Below, piece by piece: positions 1 to 12,500 of a stretch of 64,000 nt of DNA. The DNA is taken from contig CAIIXF020000001.1 of the NCBI GenBank assembly GCA_903813345.2, positions 47,864,001 to 47,928,000 on the forward strand, written 5' to 3'. Source of the DNA: Owenia fusiformis (Eukaryota). Position 1 is the first letter of the stretch. Every line of letters starts with the position of its first letter. The notes under the pieces were generated by a model. It did not search any database and was not told the origin of the DNA. It saw only the letters and a list, made by a program, of their open reading frames with translations. A program made the translations under genes and the position numbers.

Positions 1-442
1 ATTGATTCTTTCATCTTATTGTATGAACATTTAGCTGATGTTATTGTTTTCATTGTTAACTAACGTCTCTAACTTGTTAATTTTGTCGACGCCTACGTGG
101 TCACACAGGTCACCTCGGGGCTAAGGTCTCTGCGTCATGAGCAAATTGATGTTGATAAAAATGCATTAAGTCATAATGAAGACAGATGCAACAGCTGCCC
201 TCATATGACAAAGAACACTTAAGAAAATGGAATACAATGCTAAATTCTTGCCAGGACTAATACAAACTTTACGTTATAATAATAACAACGATGTGTTGTT
301 GTTGTATTGCAATCAGGAATCCATGGAGTTTCCGTGACATTTCTTATAACATTTTGTCAGTGTGATAATCTTATTACCTTACACCACTGATCTATCCATA
401 ATTGTACTCGAGAGTCAATGGTATTCAATCATAAATAAATAC

Positions 443-555
443 CTTAAAAACTGCCCTCATTTCAGAGTCGTCTGAACCTCGTTTTTCCTGTCCTTTATAA
501 GCATCCTTCCTTTCTAATATGTCTACGAATTCGCCGAAGTCGATGAGACCATTCC
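443..555 (-). CDS. CaM-like module 3, EF10 end and linker (GNGLIDFGEFVDILERKDAYKGQEKRGSDDSEMRAVFK)
   Basis: gatttaag acceptor, AAG|gtattt putative donor; 113 nt, phase 1 to 0. Confidence 0.85.
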
Positions 556-3500
556 CTTAAATCATAGTCATGCTATTATCAAAAATTATATATGCGCACT
601 GGTCTAATAAATAAGTGTCAGTTTAGAAAATAAATATATATTTCTATGACTTGACATATTTTTCTGACATATGATTTGTATTTTGTGTATGTTGTCTTTC
701 TGTCAACAATATCCTTGTTTATTCCATAATACTGCTGTTTTCTCAGGGAAATATGAAGGAATAAAAATCGTATTGAATCGTATTACATGAAAAAATCGTA
801 TTGTCCCCGGGAAGAAAATCGTATTGGAGCGTATTACATGAAAAAATCGTATTGTCCCCGGGAAAAAAATCGTATTGGAAAATATTAACCTATTTTTGGT
901 TTTCCTGTTATTTTTAACCTTAGCTAATTGATAAAAGCATTTTCAAAATGTGACATTTTAGAGGAATGTATTATGGAATAAATAGGTTATTTCTGGTCGG
1001 GATTGAATATGGGTTTCATTCCTCGGAAAATATGATATTGACCTTGGGAAATATATATATATATATATATATTATAGGAATATCCTATGGTTTTGAAAAA
1101 ATATCATTTATATCAATGAGTGGATATTGATATCTTCATGAGTGAGCGCAGCGAATGAGTGAAGATATTTGTATCCATGAGTGGATATAATTGATATTTT
1201 TGAAAAACCATAGGATTGTCCGTTTATCCCATGGGAAATCATCATCAGCGAAAAAAGTTGAAAAATATAATTTGAGAAAAAATTTGAAAAAATAATTTTA
1301 AAAAATTGTGAAAAAATGTTGACAATTTTTTTTGAAATTTTGAAATTTTTTTAAAATATTTTTGAAAAAATTAAAAAATGTAAAAATAATTCTTTTTGAA
1401 AAAATTCGAAACCATCGAATATCACTTTTCAAACCATCGAATATCACTTTTTAAGACGTGATATTCGATAGTTTAAAAATGATATTCGATGGTTTGTGAA
1501 TTTTTTGCTAAAATATGATATCTTGATCCACAAATCAACTATATCTTTGTGTGATATTCGACCTATATCCTTGTAACCATGGGATAAATTATTATTTTGT
1601 GCGGCTATAGCTAGTAAGTGAATTTTTTTCTTACCATCAGTGTCAACTTTATTAAACATTTTCTTGAGCATATCTTCACTTGGGGCTTGTCCCAATGATT
1701 GCATGACAGACTGTAGTTCCTTCACACATATATCCATCCCCATCCTTGTCAAACAAGGCAAATGATACTTTAAATTCTGTAAAAACACATGGTAGTTTAT
1801 TCATGATAATAGGTCTGCATATTTATTAACAGCTTTGGTCTTGGTCAAAGAAATTGTATAAGATATTAGACACAAAACAAGAAATATGGGAGATTTCAAC
1901 ACGTTTTAACCTGCACAATATCTAAAATGAGACATTTATATTCTACGATAAGGTAATGTCATTATCAAGCCATGTAACAGGTGTATTGTTCATGGGAAGC
2001 TATTAAGATAGTATAATAAAAAGATTAAATGTGACTGTACATCACTATAAACGTTAAATATTTACAAAGAAGAATATACTCTTGAAGAGTTTAACAGTTT
2101 CCTGCAACAGTAACAAAAGTATCAATGATGTATGTGATATAATGTGAATTAAGTCACATGTTATATTCTTCTGAAATGATATCCCTTCCCGTTCTCAACC
2201 TCATACAACCATCAAAATCCATCAATTTTAAGAGTGTAGTGTTCGTTTTCATTTTACATCAGAGGCAGGCCACCTTCAAATCATTGACACGTAAGGTTTT
2301 TGATGAACTTTGTCAGTGACCAACAAAAAAAGGCAATACATGGGACTGCTAATGATAATGAGAGAAGTTATCACTTATATTCACATGGAGATTTACCTGT
2401 GACTTGTTCCTTGGAAAATTGTACTGAGGGTTTGGTACCAGTCGGGAGTTTACCGTACATCATCTTTACAAAATCTGAAATTACATTCACAAATTGCTAT
2501 CTGGTTTTTACTGGCAAAAGCTATTGTAGCACATTAAAATCATTGATTAATAAAAATATTTCTTGATTTTGAACGTTTTTGTTGTTTTGGCACTGATCTT
2601 TTACATTTACAATGTTAATATCAGTTAATCTGAAACCATATGCTAAGGGCTGATATGAAAAAGTCACTCCACCTTGGTGGGAATCGAACCCACAACCTCC
2701 TGATTACATGTCAGGTGCTCTAAAATATTGCTTTAAACACACGAATACGTAAAAACAGCGATGATTAATTAAGTTGAGAATGCAATTTTAAACAATCTAA
2801 GGAGACAGTGTAAAATAATTAAGATTTTTATGAACAATCGAAATTATCCTTTTTGCCTCAATTACTAACTATAATATTCTTTCAAAACAAAATAAATGTG
2901 TTGCATAAATCAATTATGTAATTTCGTCATTCCTAATTCCCCGTGTTAAATACATTTACATTATGTTATAATGTATTTGATTTCTTGGTCAACGAATGTT
3001 CGATTAGTCCAGTGGGAAGTTATGATATGGATGAATCAATATAGGCAAGCAAGTGGGATATCGTAGGTGGCCTATTGCTACTTTATATACGCATCTTGTG
3101 TTCGAAGATTAATGCCAGCATTGGTCACATGGGCCCTGGGGGTGGGGTATACTATATGTAGAACATGATTTATCTAGTCCTATCGGTTGGTCTATGATGA
3201 ATTAGCAGAATCAAGAGGAGTTTATTTCCGAAAGTGAAATCAACAGAGAAAGGAATTCCAAATATACAATATAATAAAATATATTGATGGTACATTTTCT
3301 TCATAAATATGGCACTTTGACTCATGTTAACGAAGTTACATGTACCTTTGCACAAATCAATATACGAAAAGTTATATTTTGTTTGCCTAGAATTATAACA
3401 GGTGACTGATGGGATGAAATGGTTATTATTATGCAATTTTTAACTCATTTTCTCAAATATCACCAGACGAGAAAGTATATTCTGCCCTTTGGCTTGCACT

Positions 3501-6500
3501 ATAGTAATTAAAGGGTGACGCATATCGTTTAGCAAATCGAACGCTCGTTTCTGGTGTTGCTCACCGTTTAGTATAAAAGGCCCGATCCCGGAATAATACT
3601 CAAGGGTTCACAGGCTCGAGGTCGTTGTGTCAACACCTCTAACTGTTATATAGCATAAGTATATTATAGATCGTCACATATTTATAAAACGGTGATTTTT
3701 ATTTGACAAATCAATTCCACATTTATGGGTGAAGTTTCAGGATCTTCTATTTGTGTACAATAAGGAAAAATTGACATCTAAATTTCCCCATAACGTAATA
3801 GCACACAGCTTGGTATATGAAATAACCTACAAATGAAACAAAGCAGTTCTAATACAAGGATTTATATTGGCTGTTGTACATATTCTTTGAACGCAATCAC
3901 TCTATGGATAATGTTTTCAAAATCATTATAAACGGATTACTTTATCTCAAAGACAATTTCAATAAACTGGATTTTACAGAACTCCCCTGATTTCTTAAAA
4001 ATGGACTGATCCAGTCGAATCGCCTGGAGCCGCCTTATTGTTTTTATACGGGATGCTTATCGGAACCCTTTAAAGACCTGAGTGCTTGAAATCTAACCGA
4101 CATAAAGCACAGACAAGTGTTGAGTTGAACTAACCTTCATAGTAAATTCTTTTTGATTTCCCTACGCCCGCTTCTTTCATCATGGAATCCACATCTTTAT
4201 TACTTAGTTTCACTCCTAAATCATCCATGGTCGATTTCAGTTCATCACAGTCGATGTACCCATTATTATCCCGATCAAATACCCTGTAATGGAAATATGT
4301 ATTGACCATTAAAAAATGTCTAGCTCACCCAAGGGAGTGTTCAGTAAATTTATCACCAGAGAGAAGATTTAAAATACCTACTTAACCTAGGAACACAGTA
4401 ACATTTCATAAGTAAAATTTTGCGCTTTATTAGATGTTTCACTTAAAATTGTTCATAACCGGACAATAACAAGTTCTGCAACATCATCCACCAGATGTCT
4501 TGCTTTATTTAATGGTGCTTTTATAGCTTACTCGAACATTATAGAGCACTATCATACATTCGTGTCTCCTTTATATGATGCTATGAAGTACTTGAATACC
4601 ACAGTATATGATGTTATTCTAAGATCTCAACTGTTTGTTGCTGAAACGTCTGATATCATATCGTTACTACCCCTATGTATTAAACACACATTCCACACAC
4701 ACCAGAATCTCATTTACCATTGTAAATTTAATGTTAGGCAACAATTATTGTACCATGATCAGAGCAACCAATATTTATTGTTCAATGCTCTATGGGTTAC
4801 TGGAGTGGCCCTTCCGATATCATGTCATTTTATATAGCTGTGGATAACTTGTCAATGAAGGTTTCTGTATCTCGTATATAGAATTTAGGCATAAATGAAG
4901 TCCTTTGAAGAAGGATGATATCTATACTTATACAGCTTATAATTATATACTTCTGGTGCTTATAATTATCATAGCTGAGTCTCTAAAACTCTGGATATCA
5001 TGATCATCTAGCATGCGATTTTTGTTAGATAATGCAAAGAGCTACACGAACATTACTAATTTGTTATGGATTTGGGTTCCTTGAACATTACTTAATATCG
5101 AGAAATGATACATTTTATTGGCCTGCGTGGTGCTTATGATAGCTTATAACTAGATATATTAGGAGATATTACACATTTATCTCTTTCATTCTATGTAATA
5201 TTGTTTGATGACTTAAAATCAATAGAATGATAATATTCCTAGATAGCATGTACTTACTTAAATGCTTGTCTCATTTCTGCGTCCTCACACTGGACTTTCA
5301 TTTTGTCTTCTAACATTGTCAGGAATTCTTTGAAATCAATTCGCCCATTTCCTGAAATAATTCATATAAAAAAACAATTAAAAGCAACCTTGAAACCATG
5401 GGCTACAACAGTAACTGATACATTAACTATTTTATTCCTTACTTTTGCAACCAGGACACTTTTCAGAATAAATCTATCACTATTTTCTGTTGCAAAATGA
5501 CCACATATTGGACAAGCAGACATCACTTATTAAAAAACATAAGTAAGAGAAATGGAACTGAAATGCGTTGGGTAAAAGGAAGTTAATAGAAAAAGACACA
5601 AAAACTAACCAACTGTGGCAGAAAATATGAATCCAAGTTTTCTAGAGGTTTCTAGAGGCGACCTTCAAAGAACAAACGCATAATAAGCATGTAATCTGCA
5701 AAATATATCGGTCGATAAGGCCTTGTAAAATGAGAGGATCTGTGTATATGAAAATCACCAAAAATCATAAAACAAGCAAAAACTTGAACACCCGCAAATA
5801 TATTTATGATAAATTCATGAGACCCCTAGACAAACAACAACGAAGAAACAAAGCCATTCTGATTTATCAGAGGCACCGTAGAGACTCTGGATCACACAAT
5901 GAATCAAAGCTAATACGTTAAACGTTTGTTTCGAACCATCGAGAAAGGGAATATCAAAGACAAACAAATTCCACAATAAATTCTGATTTGGAGGATTGAA
6001 CCACTTGGTTGAACAATCTCAAATTATTTTGTGACAAATGATCAGCTACTCTCTGTGATTAAGTAAGTAGCTAGTTCTTCACTGCCTACGTGAATTTCCA
6101 TCCAATATATCAAATGTGGAACAGCATCGTCGCGTGATCGTCTTCAATAAAGCAATATAGATTTTACCGAAATAGATCTAGTATTCAGTAATTGTCAGCT
6201 TGATGTAGACCAATGATGAAGATGAGTCACAAAATTAAACTCGAGAATTCGTGTCTTTATAGTTCGTATCTGTATATTCCCAAGCTTCATTGAATGCTGT
6301 GATGAAATTGCAGTTTTCTCGACTAAGAATACCATCACAGTAGCAGTTGCATGAAGTGACGGGAATATGATGAACAACATCAACTATCCATCGATTACGA
6401 TGCCACTTCAGCATTACGTGGTTAATCTTTCAATTAAATGTGACCTTATACCGACTCTAGATTTAATCATTCAGTTTTACACAAATCGCTTCACGGATCT

Positions 6501-9500
6501 TCGGGAAGAAGATGGATTATGCTTCAGAATGATATATCGCGTAAACGACTTGCTGGACGAGAGGGCTATTTATGGGCTAACCATCTAGAATTAATTTAAG
6601 AGATTGCCGTGGAGTCCTCACATTATTATTTTGTTTGGAGATATATCCATATAATACGACGAATAAATATGGCCGTTCAGAATCAGAATGGGCTATCAGA
6701 AGGGGAAAGATCTAATTATTTGCAAAATGTTTGAAACACGGGTGAGTGCAAAATGACTCCTTTCAATTTATAGCTGAAAGCATACAATATTTCGGGAAAA
6801 TTAGATGAAATCACACATGTTTACGATTCATATAAACGACATCCCAAGATGAAAATCATTTCATATGAATCCAAAGTTTTTGAAACACAAATGAACAAGT
6901 TATCTCTGATTTATGATTCTATAACATCTTTGGACCCCAATACGCCAACAACAAATTGAAGGCAATGCCCTACCAATAATTCGTCTTTTGGGATACAATT
7001 TTACTTCATATCACTTAAGACACACACCCCGGAGACTACTTTCTTCATCCATAGTTAACCCAGATATTGATCAGAATTCTACTTGCTTTGGGGATTTTAT
7101 AATATAATATTCGATTAGAAGCAAAAAAATCTAATAATTTGTCTACTTACGATCTAAGTCTACTTTAGCAAATATTTCATCTAATTCTTTGTCTGTAACG
7201 CTCTGATGGAATGCTGTCATCACAACCTGGAAAAGAAAAGCGTTTTACATTTAGGGCGTGTGTATCGGGTATCGTTTAATGCTTTAAAGAGTGATAATTA
7301 GAGATTTTCATGATTTAAGCGTCGGACTCTATTATTTTGTAAAAAACAACATGAATGGATTATAGATTCCTTAAACCACCAAATGGATGTTGAGGCTTTA
7401 TGCAAAATTGATAAATGCTTGCTTGCGAGTGTAAGATCAGGTAATACAACCGTATGTGTCAATTATAATATTGAATCTTTCAACGAGGTAAGATAGGAAA
7501 TGGGGGATGATAAAAGTCTCGTCTTTCCATCCACCCTCTAGCCCTTATTAACACTTTTCGAATTACACATCCTGAAATTGTTCGTATAACTTATTGTCAT
7601 TACATCCGGAAATTGACTAATTTTTTTACTTTCGCCATATTTGTTAAGACAAGCACCTTACATAGCTATTTGATCTTGATCATTTACCAGAAATACAGTG
7701 TAGGTTGGATCGGACTTATAAGCAGTCTCCATTTCACATTTTAAGCGGTTTGTTGAGAACGGTACTTTGATTTGATTAATATACAAGTATAGTAATGCAA
7801 GTAAAAACTGGAGCTGGATCATTTTTGAACGCAATGAAACAGAGCAATGGTTTTGTTGCATCCTTGGCTACTTCTTTGCACGTCATGAGCCCCTGACTTA
7901 GTCAAATTTGTTACTTTTTAACTCGAATAGTAATTCTTAAAGTTGAAAATTAACGTATTCACATGTGTTCATTCACATACACCCAATGCCACAAATAGAA
8001 TGCACTTCATGGGGTTATGGTAATTCATACATTGATAGGTGCCCATTGATACGGAATCGACCATTGAATTATAGTTTTCGTATTATAAAACATTGTTAAT
8101 TATGAAAACTCCCTCAAAAATAGTGGGACTGAGGAGGGATACTTTGATATCGTTCTATGAGTCAGACAGACACTTGTGTTGGTCTTGACATTTCAAGAAC
8201 CACACCACAGTCAAATGTAATAAGGTTAGGGTGGATCCATGGGATAATGATTCACCCTTAAGTAATGTGATATGGATTATTGTGTTCCATGTACTTACAC
8301 TTGTAATTATTGCGTTAATTTTGCTTTCAATAATATTGTCAGATGTGTGTATAAAGCCAATCATTAATATTAACCAGAACAAATTAATTGTAGTACCATA
8401 TGCTTAAGTGTGTGCACTTGAGCAAGACTGACGTAGGCAATCAAGTTTATAGCTCACATACTTTTAAGTTGGATCTAATCATCTAATGTCTGCAATCTAT
8501 TTCAACTTAAAAGCGCATGCTGGTGAATGCTGATCTCGACATGCCTACACTTTGTGATGCCACTCAGTAACAAAACATTCTCAAGAGGATTCTAGAACCT
8601 TACGGTTATTCTAAAATAGTAACTGATGCAAAAATAACTGGATTATGCAAGTAAACAGAACAGAACCAGTCCGTTGCTGCTACCAGTGATTAATTATATA
8701 CATAAGTACACGAAACACACACCTTGACTATTATGTTTACAAAATCTACCATGTAAAAATGAAGACAAAACAATGACAAGAAGGAAAACCAACACACAAT
8801 ATCAACCCAGGCATCCAATCCACAGAACAAAAACAATATAACACGTCATCTGGAATATTATCGATCTTATAGAATTAAAGGAGAAAATCGTTTCATATAT
8901 ATATACATGTAACGTGCTATAGTATATCATTATCAATCTATTTTTCATTATTTATTATAGGAAACCTTGGGTGTTTGAAGGGAGAGGAGGGAGAAAAGAG
9001 TGACACTTACCTTTAGTTCATCTTTAGTAATTGTCCCATCCTTGTCCTTATCCAGGAGATTGAAGGCGATTCTTAAATCTGAAATCAGAGCACACAATTT
9101 AAAATCTCCATCAAAGTTCTTCGGGTGCTTGTCCTTCAATTTCAAGAGGATCACCTCCTTGGCTGTTGCCTGTTTCCGTTTTGAAGTCCCAGATGGAGAT
9201 GTCGATGATTTCTTTTGATGGGTTTTCGTTGACGTCTTTTTCAAAATAGAAGCCATACTTGCTAATGTTGCAGGTTAATGTTTTATCTTCTCTGTAAAGA
9301 GCTACGGCTGTAGCTTGGCAAGTGTTTGTTTAATAATATATTGCTACGCTGCAGAGTTGTATTACATCCAACTGTAACAATTAATTAATCAGTTCACTGT
9401 TAATTTTATTGTTTGGTATTTACCCACTTACTGTATAAAACGATATATATCCAGCTAAAATATACTACTATAGACTACATTATGCATTTCAACAGATGTA

Positions 9501-12500
9501 TCTGATTCAGCCATTTAGTTTCTAAATAAGAAATCAATGCCCTGTTGAATACGTTTATCCAACATGCTACTGTACAGTACTTTAACTGGTGTGTATGGTC
9601 CATGAATGATTTAAACAAATGAAGCTATATTGAGTTCGCGCATTGTCGGCTCATCAAGTTCAATAGATGTAATCCACATATCGATCTGACAGCAGAGTCT
9701 GGGTGATTTACTAATCCTCAGTCTATCCACAGTATGGTCAAATTCAATCCGATCCAGTTAACGTAAAGCCTTTAACTGTGAGATACAATCCAATAAACTA
9801 AAGATATCCTTTATCAACCGTGACATCAATTACGATATCTAAGAAATCGTCTATATTCTAATATCCTCTATTTCCTCTAGTCGTTACATTGGCAATTAGG
9901 ACGACCTCTCGGAAAATGTCAGCCTTCCTGGCCGTGTTATGTTTTCCTGTAGCGCCGGTACAATATTTTCCGTCTAGATCTTAAGATTTAACTTTTGTTT
10001 TCATTCAACATTTTAATGACTTAAAACGAAATAACAATTCGAAATCTCAGCATAACAAGCTTGATATACTGTATAACACTAGGTATTCACGTGCATGATT
10101 GTACTTAGTTGACAAATTATATTTGTATCGAGATGGCCACTGACATAAAAAAAATTGAACGTCTTCTAGGAAACGAAGAGCAGAAAAAATATGGGGGCGT
10201 TGGTAAGGGATATTAATATCAGGCCTATTAATTAATAAAATGGGTGAAGATAACTTTGCTCAAGAAGTGTGGAGATGGAGAAAGATGAAGAATACAGTTG
10301 TCTTATGTATCATTCATTAGGAGACAGTATTGAACAAATGGTAATGCTCCTAGGGAGGATGTTGCAGATTGTGTGTAGGTGGGCTCTAGGGAAGCACAAA
10401 TGTTCTTCTACAACATAAGACCTGAATCCCATCACATAATTGGTACTGTACTTGTTTATGAGGAGACAATAACGTAAGAAAAGTGGATTTAGTAGATGTT
10501 GCTCTCTATTACCACTATGACCACAAGGAATGGCAAAACACAGAAATGACTTGTTGTTTAGAAACAACAATAAGGCAAAGGAAAATAATACATTTTTAAC
10601 ATTACCCTCGTATTTATTTCAAATACATAATACATTAAGTTCATAACAGAATGCATATTGATCTCTGATTCTATATTTATATCTTGTCAGTAATTTATTT
10701 GACGTTGATCTTATTAATCACATTTTGAGGATTTAATAAAATATTAAGAGACGCATTGTTCCTCAAATACTTTGTAATACTAAACATTGAATACATCTTC
10801 TCCAGTCTAATAATTTACTGATTTTGTTTTCAACCCAACTGTGGAAAGTTCGCCTTACAATTTTTCTTTTTTCTTGGTTGTGTGAGTTGATAAATTATGC
10901 TTCAAGATTCTTTACATACTTCTGGCTGTACATAACAGTCCTATATGCATAATGTAGATATCTCAGAAAAAAATGGAACGGTATTACCTGGGGAAATTTC
11001 AAAATTAGTTCTTGACGTTTCCAGACCAATTTAGTGGAGCATACCTCATAAACGTTCTTATGTCATACCGTTACAATTTCAGCAACAGCATTGACCTTTA
11101 AATATAAAACGTTTCTATCAATTTAAGCTAGAAACATAATTTACTACCTATAAAGTATGACATCAGAGATTTAGCCAATCTACCCCTGTTTTATCGGTTC
11201 ACCAAAAGGGATCAGGGTTTATCGGAAAGTATCCCTCAAGATCGGTCCTTCGCTGCTTTATAGTAACTCATGTAATACAATGCAATGAATACTTTTGATC
11301 AGAAAGGTCCATCGTCATGGTGTCTCAGACATGAGATATTATGAACACACAAGTGCCAACCGGAAAATACCAAAGCGTACTAGAAAAATGACACACTAAA
11401 AAGTGCAACGGGTCATAGTAAGGAAAATAAACACCAATATTATCCCCATCTAACATGTAAAGAAACAATAAATTATATCCCCTCACCTACCATCCAGGAA
11501 ATTATCACAATTGGTCCAGGGGTATTTCACTTCTTTCCTGAGTTTAGCATAAATGATGTCCTTTGGAGAAGGATGAGACCACAAAGCCTTTGGACATTTT
11601 ATTCATACTGAAGACCATTACAATTCATGTTGAAGAAGAAATACAAATGGGGTAGATTTGGTGATCAGAGAGCCCACATTTTGGCTATTTCGAGATGTTT
11701 TATCTAATCAGCTTTGATTTTATCTGACCGAGTGTTAAATAAACTTGTGGAGAATCAGAGATTATATCATGTTTTATCGGGAGCATGTTTCCAGTGAAAC
11801 AGGAAGCTGTGGTGTCTAAATAGGTCAAACTATCTTAAGTTTCTGATGCCCTCACTATTCATTAAACCAACTCGTGATAATTTCAAGTGACACGAAAACA
11901 CTTTTAATTCGGTAAAACTCAAAAAGTCAAAGTGCTAAATTAAATTGCGCATCGATTTTCTCTCGGCACATAATATATCACAGCATTCCAGCAAAGGAAG
12001 CATCCCGTCCAAAGAGAGCCAGACGCAACTCCACTAATTATGTTAGGAAGCGGTAGTTCGCAATCAGAGGAAATCCATTGCTGTTGATGTATGATAGGGA
12101 GGATCACAAGCTCATGTGTTGGCAAAGTGTAAATCATTTTCCAAGGAAAGGGATGAACAAAAGACATCAACTAGGGAATCAGATCTGACATTATCAGAAT
12201 ATCTCACATCCTGTGTTCTTATCCAACATTTCCCGTCTAGTCAAGCAACATTGTTATTCCCATAAATAAGGTCTAACAGGATTTATTTGTTAATCATAGG
12301 CTTACACTAATTAAATTGCAGTTTAAACCTTGTTGAACAACTAAGCATGTATGCTTCCCAAGGGACTAATGTATCTCTCTCGCTGTTAGGCTCATACATA
12401 TCCACATCTTAGATCTCATTTTGGATGTTATCGTATATCCTTTTTAATTCGGGATTTGGAGTAGATAGTTTGACGATTTCATCCTTCTTTTCCCTTCTTT

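Noticed and set aside
1444..1788. ORF-track protein of 114 aa as a standalone gene
   Set aside because: Only the middle is calmodulin-like; it is the second frame of the frameshifted exon plus intron and repeat read-through.
5500..7060. Possible decayed non-LTR retrotransposon sequence (also ~10150-10600 and ~11400-12480)
   Set aside because: Composition is suggestive but I could not read an unambiguous RT or endonuclease motif; needs BLASTX or a Dfam search.
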